Under the pieces are notes generated by a model that was not told where the DNA came from, did no database searches, and saw nothing but the letters and a program-made list of their open reading frames with translations. Shown one piece after another: positions 9,680-20,952 of a stretch of DNA of 64,000 bases; the first letter of the stretch is position 1; every line of letters begins with the position of its first letter. A program made the position numbers and the translations under genes. The DNA is from an uncultured delta proteobacterium (GTDB taxonomy: Bacteria; Myxococcota_A; Polyangia; Haliangiales; Haliangiaceae). The stretch lies in the NCBI GenBank assembly GCA_963848295.1, contig CAWKDB010000010.1, forward strand, positions 2,272,001 through 2,336,000. The letters are read 5' to 3'.

Positions 9680-9765
9680 GCGGTCCCGTAAACGGGACCC
9701 CTCGGCCGTAAGGATTCGGCCGTCCTTGCTTCGCCGGACAGCCGAGCGACCGATCGGCCTCGGGG
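9680..9765. repeat. Palindromic REP/MITE-like element, copy B (intergenic)
   Basis: ggtcccgt-aa-acgggacc hairpin, then cccc-tc-ggccg...cggcc-tc-gggg stem enclosing tcggccgtcc..ggacagccga. Confidence 0.8.
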
Positions 9766-9784
9766 CTGCTATCATTTGGTTGTC

Positions 9785-10888
<1,104 letters not shown>

Positions 10889-10938
10889 CTGCCCGCTCGG
10901 ACGTGGGCGACGCGGTCGGCCGCGCTACAGTAGAGCGC

Positions 10939-12834
10939 GTGATCACCGGCGACGTCCTCGATCGGATCCCGACCGAGCCGGGCGTTTATCTATTCAAGGA
11001 CGCGCGCGGCACGGTGATCTACGTCGGCAAGGCGAAGAACCTGCGCGTGCGCGTCCGCCAGTACTTTCGCGAAGGCGGCGACGAGCGGCTGTTCGTGGCG
11101 GCGGGGTTCCTCGGGCGTGCGGCGGCGGACGTCGAGACCATCGTCGTCACGGTCGAGAAGGAAGCGCTGCTGCTCGAGAACCACCTGATCAAGAAGCATC
11201 AGCCGCGGTTCAACGTGAAGCTGCGCGACGACAAGCAGTACCTCGTGTTGCGGTTGTTGGATCCGGAGCCGAGCGCGCCCGGTGCCGCGAAGCGCGAGGT
11301 GTTCCCGCGCGTCGAGGTCGTGCGCAACATCCGCGACGACAAGGCGAACTACTTCGGGCCATATCACTCGGCGACGTCGGCGCGGCAGACGCTGCGCACG
11401 CTCAACCGCCACTTCCAGCTGCGGACGTGCACCGATCACGTGCTCGAGACGCGCGGCCGACCGTGCCTCCAGTATCAGATCAAGCGCTGCTCGGGGCCGT
11501 GCGCGATCGACGTCGCGCCGGCGCACTACGCCGAGCAAGTCGAGGACGTGAAGATGTTCCTCGCCGGCAAAGATGGCGAGCTGCTCAGCCGGTTGCGGAC
11601 GCGCATGGCGGCGCGCGCCGAAGCGGAAGACTTCGAGGTCGCCGCGGCGCTGCGCGATTCGATCGCCGCGGTCGAGCGCGCGCTGACCCGGCAAGACGTC
11701 GTGCAGGAAGACTTCGTCGATCAAGACGTGTGGGGCCTGTATCGCGAGGCCGATGTCGTCGAGGTCGTCGTGTTGTTCATCCGCGCCGGCAAGCTTGTCG
11801 GGCGCCGCACGTTCCAGCAAAAGGACCAGGAGTTGCCCGATGCCGAGGTCATCGCCGAGCACGTCCAGGCGTACTACGCGAGTGGAACGTTGATCCCGGA
11901 CGAGGTCGTCGTCGGCGTCAACCTCGAAGCGAGCGAGGCGCTCGCCGAGTGGCTCGGCGCGGCGCGCGGCAAGCGCGTCAAGCTGGTCGAGCCTCGCCGC
12001 GGCACACGCGCGCGGTTGGTCGAGCTCGCCGATCGCAACGCGGCGGCCTCGGCGGCGTCGCGGCAGAGCGCGGGCGGAGATATCGACGCGATGCTCGCGA
12101 AGGTCGCCGAGCGGCTCGGGCTGCCGCGGCCACCGCTGCGCATCGAGTGCTTCGACATCGCGCACATCCAGGGCACCGAGACCGTCGCGTCGATGGTGAC
12201 GTTCGTCGACGGCGTGCCGGCGCGCTCGCTGTACCGCAAGTTCAAGATCCGCTCGGTCGCGAACGACGACTTCGCCGCGATGTACGAGGTGCTGACCCGC
12301 CGGTTCAAACGCACGCAGGGCGACGGCGATCCCGCGTGGGCGCGGCCCGATCTGCTCGTCATCGACGGCGGCAAGGGTCAGCTCGCGATGGCGGTCGCCG
12401 CGCTCACCGATCTCGGCGTGCCGCTCGGCGGCGAGACCGGCGTCGAGATCATCGGGCTCGCCAAGGAGCGCGACCTCGAAGCGGGCAGCGCACCCGATCG
12501 GATCTATCGCAGGACCGTGAAGGACTCGATCCCGCTGCGCGCGAACTCGCCCGAGCTGTTCGTGCTCGCGCGCATCCGCGACGAAGCGCATCGGTTCGCG
12601 AACACGTTCCATCGCGATCGCAGGAGCAAGCGCACGCTGCGCTCGGAGCTCGACTCGATCCCCGGCATCGGCGAAGGCCGGCGGCAGAAGCTGCTCAAGC
12701 ACTTCGGCAGCGTGCGCGCGGTGCGGCTCGCGACGATCGACGAGCTCGCGAAGGCGCCGGGCATGACGCGCAAGGCCGCCGAGGCGATCGCGAAGTACTT
12801 CGCCGAGCACGCGCCCGACGTCGCGGCCGAATAG
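10939..12834 (+). CDS. uvrC: Excinuclease ABC subunit C
   Basis: PGVYLF..IYVGKAKNLR GIY-YIG, ECFDIAH, IDGGKGQ, RDEAHRFA, HhH C-terminus. Confidence 0.97.
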   Translation: MITGDVLDRIPTEPGVYLFKDARGTVIYVGKAKNLRVRVRQYFREGGDERLFVAAGFLGRAAADVETIVVTVEKEALLLENHLIKKHQPRFNVKLRDDKQYLVLRLLDPEPSAPGAAKREVFPRVEVVRNIRDDKANYFGPYHSATSARQTLRTLNRHFQLRTCTDHVLETRGRPCLQYQIKRCSGPCAIDVAPAHYAEQVEDVKMFLAGKDGELLSRLRTRMAARAEAEDFEVAAALRDSIAAVERALTRQDVVQEDFVDQDVWGLYREADVVEVVVLFIRAGKLVGRRTFQQKDQELPDAEVIAEHVQAYYASGTLIPDEVVVGVNLEASEALAEWLGAARGKRVKLVEPRRGTRARLVELADRNAAASAASRQSAGGDIDAMLAKVAERLGLPRPPLRIECFDIAHIQGTETVASMVTFVDGVPARSLYRKFKIRSVANDDFAAMYEVLTRRFKRTQGDGDPAWARPDLLVIDGGKGQLAMAVAALTDLGVPLGGETGVEIIGLAKERDLEAGSAPDRIYRRTVKDSIPLRANSPELFVLARIRDEAHRFANTFHRDRRSKRTLRSELDSIPGIGEGRRQKLLKHFGSVRAVRLATIDELAKAPGMTRKAAEAIAKYFAEHAPDVAAE

Positions 12835-12835
12835 C

Positions 12836-13507
12836 CTATTGGTCGCCGTCGAGGATCAGGACGAGCGCGCTGTCGGATTGCATCTTCGCTTGGGCGCTCG
12901 CGCGCTTCACCCATTGCGCGAGCATCGCGATGCCAGCGTGAACTTCTTCGCGCGTCATCGAGCCGCGCTGTTCGGGATCGTAGGTCTTGACGGGTAGCGT
13001 CTCGAGCTTTTCGCTCCACTTGCCGGCGAGCTCGCGCTGCCACGCCGCGAGTGACTCGCCGTCGATGCACGACAGGATCGGCCAGCTGACGTTGAGGCTC
13101 GGGCGCGCGAACGGAAACGCGAGCGATGCCTTGCCCCACTGCTTCGCGATCGTCTTCATGCCGAGCGCGTGAAACACCGGGTTCCACAGCCCGAAGTCCT
13201 CGCTCGGCATGTAGCTCGCTTGCAGCGTGCCGAGCGCTTCGCCGTACGCGTGCAACACGAGCGTCGTCACCCGCGCGTACTTGTACGCCGCCTCCGGATG
13301 CGGCGAACCGCGGCGCAGTGCGGCGAGCGCCGAGTCGACTGGCTCCGGATCATTCTCGCCGTTCGCGAGCGTCATGATCACGTCCTTGAGGATCGGGTTG
13401 CCCTTGAGCTTGCTCTTCACCGTATTCGGCTCGAGCGCCGCGGTGCCGAGCAAGCTGGTGAGCTTCTTCGGCGAGACGATGAAGCCTTCGACAAAGCGCT
13501 CGGACAT
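12836..13507 (-). CDS. Hypothetical protein
   Basis: Protein-like composition; fills the gap between genes; TAGTAT box 6 nt before ATG. Confidence 0.7.
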   Translation of the reverse strand: MSERFVEGFIVSPKKLTSLLGTAALEPNTVKSKLKGNPILKDVIMTLANGENDPEPVDSALAALRRGSPHPEAAYKYARVTTLVLHAYGEALGTLQASYMPSEDFGLWNPVFHALGMKTIAKQWGKASLAFPFARPSLNVSWPILSCIDGESLAAWQRELAGKWSEKLETLPVKTYDPEQRGSMTREEVHAGIAMLAQWVKRASAQAKMQSDSALVLILDGDQ

Positions 13508-13516
13508 GCTGCGATA

Positions 13517-14923
13517 CTACGGCAACGCGACCACGCGGTGCGCCACGCCTTGCCGAGTCACGAGCCAGGCCGGCGCGCCGTCGGCGTCGGGATAAAATGT
13601 CAGGTCGCCGGTCTCGCCGTCGATCGTCGCCGAGAATTCGTTGCCGCCGACCTGCGTCAGCGGCGTGTCGTAGACGTTCATCGCCGGCGCGCTCGCATAG
13701 AGCGCGTTGCCATCGAACCGCACGCTGACCTCGCCGAGCACGTACGGATCGAAGTAGCTCCCCGCCTCGCTCGCCCAGGTCGCCGGCGCGGTCGCGTTGT
13801 CGGGCGCCGACACGTCGGCCACGCCGAGGAACTCGTCGATCGCGCGCTCCGCGACGTGGGATGGCTTGCGACCGGTCGCGTTGAACAAGACGACGACCGC
13901 GAATTGTTGGTCCGGCACCATCCAGAGCGACGACTCGTAGCCCGGCTCGGAGCCTGAATGACGAACCACGTGCAGCCCCTTCCAGCCGTCGCGGACGTAC
14001 AGCCCATAGCCGTAGCGGTCGCGATCATCCGCGGTGTCGTGCGGATCGGCGTGCTCGGTCTCGAGCTGGGCGACCGACGTCGGCTGCAACATCGCGCCGC
14101 CGTTCGCGAGCAATATCTGCGCGAGGCTCGCGTAGTCGAGCGCGCTCGCGATCACGCCGCCGGCCGGCCGCGTCGCAGAGCACGTGTAGGCGTCGGGCTC
14201 GTAGTAGAACGTGCCGCCGTCGTCGTGAACATGGCCGGTCGCGTGATCGCCCGCGGTCGCCGCCTCGACATCGAACGTCGCGGTCGTCATCCCCGCCGGG
14301 CCGAACACTCGAGCCGCGGCGACATCCTCGTACGATTGGCGTGCCGCGCCTTCGATCGCCCAGCCCGCGACCCCGAAGCCGCGATTCGAGTAGTTCCAGA
14401 CCTCGCCCGGCGGCGTCCACAGCGGCTCGCCCGCGTTCTGCGCGAACCACGTCGTGCGATCGACGGCGCAGTCGGTCGACGCCGAGACATCGGGGATCCC
14501 CGACGTGTGATCGAGCAGCTCGGCGACGGTGATCGTGCTCGGATCGAACCCGGGCGCGAGGCCGATCGGCGCGTACTCCGTGACGGGATGATCGAGCGCG
14601 AGCTCGCCAGTCTCGACCAGGCTCAGCGCGGTCGATGCGGTGACCAGCTTCGACAGCGACGCGACGCGAAACAGGGTGCCCGCATCGACTTGATCGTCGG
14701 TGCCTTCGCGCTTCGTTCCGACTCCCGCCGCCGCAAACAGTTGCCCGTGGTCGACGATCGCGATCGAGGCGCCGGGAATGTCGTGATCCATCATCTGCTG
14801 TTGCAGATATGACAACACCGCCTGGAACCGGGGGTCGTTGGCACTACCGCTCGTGACGACCGTCGGTGGCGACTCGGTCGTGCAGGCAGCGAACGAGAGT
14901 AAAGCGAGCGTTAAGGTCTTCAT
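13517..14923 (-). CDS. Serine hydrolase (beta-lactamase/AmpC family) lipoprotein
   Basis: SLSK (SxxK), LLDHTSG, YSN, HSG; lipobox FAAC. Confidence 0.9.
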   Translation of the reverse strand: MKTLTLALLSFAACTTESPPTVVTSGSANDPRFQAVLSYLQQQMMDHDIPGASIAIVDHGQLFAAAGVGTKREGTDDQVDAGTLFRVASLSKLVTASTALSLVETGELALDHPVTEYAPIGLAPGFDPSTITVAELLDHTSGIPDVSASTDCAVDRTTWFAQNAGEPLWTPPGEVWNYSNRGFGVAGWAIEGAARQSYEDVAAARVFGPAGMTTATFDVEAATAGDHATGHVHDDGGTFYYEPDAYTCSATRPAGGVIASALDYASLAQILLANGGAMLQPTSVAQLETEHADPHDTADDRDRYGYGLYVRDGWKGLHVVRHSGSEPGYESSLWMVPDQQFAVVVLFNATGRKPSHVAERAIDEFLGVADVSAPDNATAPATWASEAGSYFDPYVLGEVSVRFDGNALYASAPAMNVYDTPLTQVGGNEFSATIDGETGDLTFYPDADGAPAWLVTRQGVAHRVVALP

Positions 14924-15029
14924 ATGTGCCAAGACCGCGCCGCGCGCGCCGGTGTTGTCTCCAGAACCGGCAAACCGCGGCTCGCGGGTCGTTAAGAAGC
15001 GATGACGCTCCGTGGTACGTTGATCCGCG

Positions 15030-16232
15030 GTGAGCGGGCTGTTCGCATTTCTCGGTCGTCAAGCGATCTTTGCGAGCGACCTCACGGTGCACGCATACGA
15101 GCTGCTGTATCGCGACAGCTTCGAGAACCGCGCTCGGTTCAGCGACGCGAACCAGGCGAGCGCCGCCACGATGTTGAGCGCATTCGTCGAGCTCGATCTC
15201 GACGCGTTGATCGGCGACAAGCCGGTGTTCGTCAACTTGACCGAGGATTTCCTGCTCGGCCGCCATCCGATGCCGCTCGAGCCCGGGCGCGTCGTGCTCG
15301 AGGTGCTCGAGACCGTGCCGGTGACGCCGGAGCTGCTCGCCGCGTTGAAGGCGTTTCGCGCGCGCGGGTTTCAGATCGCACTCGACGACTTCGAGCTCGA
15401 CGAGAAGACCAAGCCGATGGTCGAGCTCGCCGACGTGATCAAGCTCGACGTGCTCGATGGCAATCGCGAACGGATCGCCGCCGCGGTCCATGCGCTGCGC
15501 CCGTACGGCATCCCGCTGCTCGCCGAGAAGGTGTCGACGCAGGACGAGATGACGTTCCTGCGCACGTTCGATTTCGAGCTCTATCAAGGCCACTTCCTCG
15601 AGATGCCGAAGATCGACCGCGCGCGCCGGCTGCCGCACAACCGCGCGAGCCTCGTCCGCCTGCTCGCGAAGCTCTACGATCCCGATACGAACCTGCGCGA
15701 GCTCGAGCGCTTGCTAGCGAGCGACATGGGCCTTCCGGTGCGGCTGATGAAGCTCGCGAGCTCCGCCGCGATGGCTCGCGGTGCGCAGATCGGAACGCTC
15801 GGCCAGGCGATCCAGCGGATCGGTACGCAGCAACTCGCCGCGCTCGTCATGCTCGTCATGGTGTCTGGCTTCGATGACAAGCCCCGCGAGCTGATCCGGC
15901 TCGCGCTCGTGCGCGCGAAACTATGCGAGCGCATCGCCGCGCGCACCGGCGCCTCACCGGACGAGCTGTTCACCGCGGGCCTGCTGTCGCTGCTCGACGC
16001 GATCCTGGATCAGCCGCTCGACGAGGTGCTGCGCGAGCTCCCGCTGACCCCGACGATCACGGCGGCGCTCGGCGGTGGCAACGAGCTCCCGGCGCGCATC
16101 GTCGCGGCGGCTCGCGCGCAAGAGCGCTGCAACTTCGCCGAGGTCGCCGCCTCGGGCGTGCCAGAGGCCGACGTCCACGCCGCGTGGCTCGAGGCGATCG
16201 CGTGGGCCGACGAGCTCGTCGCGCTGGTCTAG
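15030..16232 (+). CDS. EAL- and HDOD-domain protein (YuxH-like)
   Basis: RQAIF, AYELLYR, FVN, VLEVLE, IALDDF, LAEKV, YQGHF, then HDOD (FTAGLLSLLDAIL). Confidence 0.9.
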   Translation: MSGLFAFLGRQAIFASDLTVHAYELLYRDSFENRARFSDANQASAATMLSAFVELDLDALIGDKPVFVNLTEDFLLGRHPMPLEPGRVVLEVLETVPVTPELLAALKAFRARGFQIALDDFELDEKTKPMVELADVIKLDVLDGNRERIAAAVHALRPYGIPLLAEKVSTQDEMTFLRTFDFELYQGHFLEMPKIDRARRLPHNRASLVRLLAKLYDPDTNLRELERLLASDMGLPVRLMKLASSAAMARGAQIGTLGQAIQRIGTQQLAALVMLVMVSGFDDKPRELIRLALVRAKLCERIAARTGASPDELFTAGLLSLLDAILDQPLDEVLRELPLTPTITAALGGGNELPARIVAAARAQERCNFAEVAASGVPEADVHAAWLEAIAWADELVALV

Positions 16233-16302
16233 GGCGCCCGGCGTTCGCATTACGCAACGTGCTCGCAACGCTGCATCGCAGGTCGCGCGGCATCTTCGAG
16301 CG

Positions 16303-16707
16303 ATGAAGCTGCTTGTCGTCGCGGTCCTCGTGTCCAACCTCGCCGCCTGCGCGATGAGCCAGGCCTACTCGTTCCGCCCCGGCGACTTGCCCTCGGAGGT
16401 CGCTCAGATCGATCCCGACCAGCGGATCGCCGCGTGGAATCGCGCGATCGAGGTGCTGTTGAAGCAGGGCTACGAGCCGCAGGTTCTCAACCAGGACGCG
16501 GGCTACATCAGCGCCAAGATGCGTGACGACGCTCCGGAGGACGCGCTCGTCGGAACGCGCGCGATCATCACGATCACCCCACGAGGCCAGGTCAGCGTCG
16601 AGGTCGGTGCGATCGGCAATTACGAATCGCCCGCAACTCTCGAACAATACATCGCCTCGATGCAGGCGCGGCTGCTCGCCGGGATCATCGGCTCGCCCGG
16701 TGCGTGA
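16303..16707 (+). CDS. Hypothetical lipoprotein
   Basis: MKLLVVAVLVSNLAAC signal/lipobox. Confidence 0.7.
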   Translation: MKLLVVAVLVSNLAACAMSQAYSFRPGDLPSEVAQIDPDQRIAAWNRAIEVLLKQGYEPQVLNQDAGYISAKMRDDAPEDALVGTRAIITITPRGQVSVEVGAIGNYESPATLEQYIASMQARLLAGIIGSPGA

Positions 16708-16713
16708 GCCTCA

Positions 16714-17003
16714 TCAGTTGCAGACGCGCGTCGACTCGTAGAGGTCGAAGCCGCCCGCACCGCCCGGGCGATCCGACGCGAAGAACGCGTCGAGCCCGTC
16801 TCCAGGGACGTTCGGGCAACACAGCCCGGCGTCGGCGCTTGCCACGGTCCGAACGCGGTGCAGGGCACGTCCCCATCGGGGAGCACCGAAAGGCTATCGC
16901 GCGCGGCGTCGCCGATGTCGGCGGCCGAGCCGAAGCCGAACCCGACCCGACCGCAACCGGTGACCGCGACGAGCAACGCAGCGCGAGCACTCACGAGCAC
17001 CAT
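16714..17003 (-). pseudogene. Remnant of a PD40/WD40-like beta-propeller lipoprotein (internal deletion and frame change)
   Basis: Lipoprotein N-terminus VTGCGRVGF...CTAFGPWQAPTP joined out of frame to a terminal PD40-like repeat GDGLDAFFASDRPGGAGGFDLYESTRVCN*. Confidence 0.6.
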
Positions 17004-17102
17004 CTCCACGAGACGCGAGGCTCGCTCAGCCGGCGTGCGGCGAAAACTTGGGGGCACATGTGATGAGGTGTAGGATAAGGTGCTCCAGGAGTCGGTATAC
17101 CT

Positions 17103-19682
17103 ATGTCGAAAAACCGAAAGATTCAGGAAACATCGGTTCGCGGAGGATCCGACCGCCGGCGGGAGGTGCTGGGGGTGGTCGGGCTCGGCGCTGGGTTGTT
17201 CCTGCTGATCGCCATGATCTCGCTCCAGCTCGGGGCCCACGTGATGGGGCCGTTCGGCCGCTCGAGCGCCGGCCTATTCTACGGCCTCGCCGGGATGTGC
17301 GGCTACTTGTTGATCGCGCTCGGCCTCGTCGCGGCGATCCGCACGCTGCTCGGCCGCGAGTCGGTGCTGCCGCTCGCGATCGCGTCGGGCAGCTTGCTCG
17401 GCGTGGTCGCACTCGCGACGCTGATCCACTTGATCGCGGCGGGCTATCGCGTCGCGGGTCACGGTCCGGGCGGCGCGATCGGCGAGCACCTCGCCGAGAT
17501 CCTCCGCGCGGTGATCAGCACGGCCGGGACGGCGTTGCTCGCGGTGATCGGCCTGGTCGTCGCAGTGGTGATCGCGACGCCGTTGCGGATGCGCGACGTC
17601 CTGCATGCGATGTGGACGGCGATGCGCGCCGCCGGTCGCGGCATCAAGATCGGCACGCTCGCGTTCGCGCGGTTCTGGGGCGACGTGTTCCGCGCGATCC
17701 TGCCCGACCGCGACGCTCGCGATGACGACGACGAAGACCTCGAGATCGAAGACGAGGACGTGCTCGAGGCCGCGGCCGACGAGACCGGCCCGGAGCCGAT
17801 GATCTTCGAGCGCACGCAGCCGTCCGCGATCGAGGTGATCGAGCTGACGCCGGCCAAGAAGAAGAAGCGCGAGTCGCAAAAGACCGAGGTCGATCTCGTC
17901 GTGCCCGGGCCCGCCGCGAACGACGAACAGATCGTCGAAGCCGATGCGGTGCCGAGCAAGAAGAAGCAACGGCTCGCCGCGGGCACCGAGGCCCCGCCGA
18001 TGCCGCCGCCCGAGCCGACCGACACCGCGGGCCCGGTGATCTTCGAGCCGAAGTTCAAGAACGCGGACAAGGCGACCATGGCGGCGAAGGAGAAGCAAGC
18101 CGACCAGGAGCGTCAGAGCTTCATCAAGCTCGGCGAGGGCGAGTACCAGCTGCCGTCGATCCAGCTGCTCAACTACGACGGCTCCGGGGTCAATCAGATC
18201 GACAAGACCGCGATGCTCGAGCTGTCGGCGAAGCTGACCCAGACGCTCGAGAACTACGGGGTCAAGGGCGATGTCGTCGCGATCCGGCCCGGTCCGGTCG
18301 TCACGATGTACGAGTTCGCGCCCGCGCCCGGTACGCGCGTCAACAAGATCGTCAACCTCACCGACGATCTCGCGCTCGCGCTCGAAGCGCTCCGCGTGCG
18401 CATCGTCGCGCCGATTCCGGGCAAGGCCGCGGTCGGCATCGAGGTGCCGAATCGCTCGCGCGAAAAGGTGTTCCTCAAGGAGATCCTCGCCGACGAGATG
18501 TTCCGCAAGGGCCGCGGCAAGCTACCGCTCGCGATCGGCAAGGACATCGAAGGCGGGCCCAGCGTCGTCGACCTCGCGCGCATGCCGCACTTGCTCGTCG
18601 CGGGCACGACCGGCTCGGGCAAGTCGGTCGCGGTCAACGCGATGATCACGAGCTTGCTGTATCACTGCTCGCCCGAAGAAGTTCGGATGATCATGGTCGA
18701 TCCGAAGATGCTCGAGCTGTCGATCTACGAAGGCGTGCCGCACCTGCTGCTGCCGGTGGTGACCGATCCGAAGAAGGCGAACCTCGCGCTGCGCTGGGCG
18801 GTCGAGGAGATGGAGCGGCGCTACGACATGCTCGCGCAGCTCGGCGTGCGCGACATCGGCTCGTTCAACGAGAAGGTGGGCAAGCAGCTCGCGAAGCTCG
18901 AAGCCGACAAGCTGCGCGCGGTCGCGGACGCCGCCGCCGCCGCACTCGAGAACGATCTCGGCAAGGCCGTCGCGGCCGATTCGCCCGAAGCGGCCGACGC
19001 GCGAGAGAAGGTCGAGTCGCCGATGCACAAGCTGCCGTACATCGTCGTCGTGATCGACGAGTTCGCCGACCTGATGATGTGCGCGCCGAAAGAGGTCGAG
19101 ACCAGCGTCGCGCGCATCGCCCAGAAGGCGCGCGCCGCGGGCATTCACTTGATCCTCGCGACGCAACGGCCGTCGGTCGACGTGATCACGGGCCTGATCA
19201 AGGCGAACTTTCCGTCGCGCATCGCGTTCTCGGTCGCGTCGAAGATCGACTCGCGCACGATCCTCGACCAGAACGGCGCCGAAGCGCTGCTCGGTGCCGG
19301 CGACATGCTGTTCTCCGACCGCGGCGCGGCACCGCAGCGCTTGCACGGTTGCTACGTCGACGAAGCCGAGATCCATCGCGTCGTCGAGTTCTTGAAGACG
19401 CAAGGTCGCCCGGTCTACAACCTCGACATCGTCAAGCCGCGCGACGAAGACGGCGAAGACGGCCAGACGAACATGCCGGCCGGCAAGAGCGATGACGATA
19501 TGTACGACAAGGCCGTCTACATCGTGACGACGACGCGCAACGCGTCGATCTCGTGGGTCCAGCGCCAGCTGCGCATCGGCTACAACCGCGCCGCGCGTCT
19601 CGTCGAGGAGATGGAGAAGCAAGGCGTGGTCAGCGGCCCGGACCACACGAACAAGCGCGAAGTGCTCGTCGCGGCGGCGTAG
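17103..19682 (+). CDS. ftsK: DNA translocase FtsK
   Basis: 4TM N-terminus, GTTGSGKS, IDEFADLM, LATQRPSVDVITG, gamma domain QRQLRIGYNRAARL. Confidence 0.97.
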   Translation: MSKNRKIQETSVRGGSDRRREVLGVVGLGAGLFLLIAMISLQLGAHVMGPFGRSSAGLFYGLAGMCGYLLIALGLVAAIRTLLGRESVLPLAIASGSLLGVVALATLIHLIAAGYRVAGHGPGGAIGEHLAEILRAVISTAGTALLAVIGLVVAVVIATPLRMRDVLHAMWTAMRAAGRGIKIGTLAFARFWGDVFRAILPDRDARDDDDEDLEIEDEDVLEAAADETGPEPMIFERTQPSAIEVIELTPAKKKKRESQKTEVDLVVPGPAANDEQIVEADAVPSKKKQRLAAGTEAPPMPPPEPTDTAGPVIFEPKFKNADKATMAAKEKQADQERQSFIKLGEGEYQLPSIQLLNYDGSGVNQIDKTAMLELSAKLTQTLENYGVKGDVVAIRPGPVVTMYEFAPAPGTRVNKIVNLTDDLALALEALRVRIVAPIPGKAAVGIEVPNRSREKVFLKEILADEMFRKGRGKLPLAIGKDIEGGPSVVDLARMPHLLVAGTTGSGKSVAVNAMITSLLYHCSPEEVRMIMVDPKMLELSIYEGVPHLLLPVVTDPKKANLALRWAVEEMERRYDMLAQLGVRDIGSFNEKVGKQLAKLEADKLRAVADAAAAALENDLGKAVAADSPEAADAREKVESPMHKLPYIVVVIDEFADLMMCAPKEVETSVARIAQKARAAGIHLILATQRPSVDVITGLIKANFPSRIAFSVASKIDSRTILDQNGAEALLGAGDMLFSDRGAAPQRLHGCYVDEAEIHRVVEFLKTQGRPVYNLDIVKPRDEDGEDGQTNMPAGKSDDDMYDKAVYIVTTTRNASISWVQRQLRIGYNRAARLVEEMEKQGVVSGPDHTNKREVLVAAA

Positions 19683-19685
19683 ACG

Positions 19686-20051
19686 TCACATCGAATAGAA
19701 GAACTCTTCGCGCACGATCTTGTTGTTCTTGACCGTGAACAGCGCGACCTCGCGCATGTTGAAGCGCTGCTTGTCGGCCCTGCGCGTGATGTCGTAGTCA
19801 AACATCACCGCGAACCGGTCGTCGTGAGGGAACGGCCCCTCGACCTTCGCGGCGTGGATCTCGTGAGCCGCCGCCCAGTGCTTGCTCTTCTCGAGGCACG
19901 CGGCGAGGCCTTTGGTCTCGCGCTGCTGCCCGGGAGGTGCGCCTGCCTCGACGCTGACGATGTCATTCGCATACAGCGACTTGATCGCCTCGTCGTTCTT
20001 GCCGGCTCTACAGAATTCTACGAGCTGGTTACCGATTTCTTTGCTGGTCAT
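19686..20051 (-). CDS. SnoaL-like / NTF2-family protein
   Basis: LYANDIVSVEA, DDRFAVMF, EVALFTVKNNKIVREEFFY. Confidence 0.85.
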   Translation of the reverse strand: MTSKEIGNQLVEFCRAGKNDEAIKSLYANDIVSVEAGAPPGQQRETKGLAACLEKSKHWAAAHEIHAAKVEGPFPHDDRFAVMFDYDITRRADKQRFNMREVALFTVKNNKIVREEFFYSM

Positions 20052-20157
20052 GGCGGCAGTATGAGCGCGCCGATTGACAGCGGCATGTCAGCTATTGCCA
20101 AAATCGCCGAAGCAGCGGGAGCGTGCGCCACCGCCCGGCGCCGTATACGCTCGCCAC

Positions 20158-20952
20158 TTGCGGGCGACCTGGCTCACCGACATCCACTTGAACTTCATGC
20201 GGCCGCTCGCGCTGCAAGCGTTCTACGACCGCGTCAAGCAGGAGCAACCCGACGTGTTGCTCGTCACGGGCGACATCGGTGAGGCCGACTCGGTGTTGCG
20301 CTACACCGACGAGCTCGCGGTGATCGCGCCGCTGTACTTCGTGCTCGGCAACCACGACTATTATCGCTCGAGCATCTCGGCGGTGCGCGCCCAGATGGAG
20401 CGCCGATCCGGGCGCGCGAAGTGGTTGCCCGCGCTCGAGCCGGTGCGGATCGGCGAGCGCGTCGTGTTGCTCGGCGTCGACGGCTGGGGCGACGCGCGGT
20501 GTGGCGACCTCGCGTCGACCGTGCAGCTATCGGACTGGCAAGTGATCGACGACTTCAAGCGGCTGCACGGCGATCGCAAGCGCCGGATCGAGCTGTTGCA
20601 ACGCCTCGGCGGCAACGAAGCCCGCGCGCTCCGCGATCGGTTGTCGCGCGCTCCCGAAACCGCGCAGCTGCTCGTGCTCACCCACGTGCCGCCGTTTCCC
20701 GAAGCGTGCGTCTACGCCGACCAGCCATCGGACGCGAGCTGGCTACCGTGGTTCACGTGCATCGCGACGGGCGAGGTGCTCGTCGAGCACGCGCGCGCTC
20801 ATCCGCAGACTCGCATCACCGTGCTGTGCGGTCACTCGCACGGGCTCGGCGTGTGCCAGCCAGAGGCGAACCTCGAGGTGCGCACCGGTGGTTGGCCCGC
20901 CGGCGTCGAAGGCTACGGCAATCCGGTCGTGCAGCTGACGCTCGAGCTCTGA
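20158..20952 (+). CDS. Calcineurin-like metallophosphoesterase
   Basis: TDIH, TGDI, GNHD, THVPP, CGHSH; TTG start inferred from the domain boundary and TACGCT box. Confidence 0.88.
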   Translation: MRATWLTDIHLNFMRPLALQAFYDRVKQEQPDVLLVTGDIGEADSVLRYTDELAVIAPLYFVLGNHDYYRSSISAVRAQMERRSGRAKWLPALEPVRIGERVVLLGVDGWGDARCGDLASTVQLSDWQVIDDFKRLHGDRKRRIELLQRLGGNEARALRDRLSRAPETAQLLVLTHVPPFPEACVYADQPSDASWLPWFTCIATGEVLVEHARAHPQTRITVLCGHSHGLGVCQPEANLEVRTGGWPAGVEGYGNPVVQLTLEL

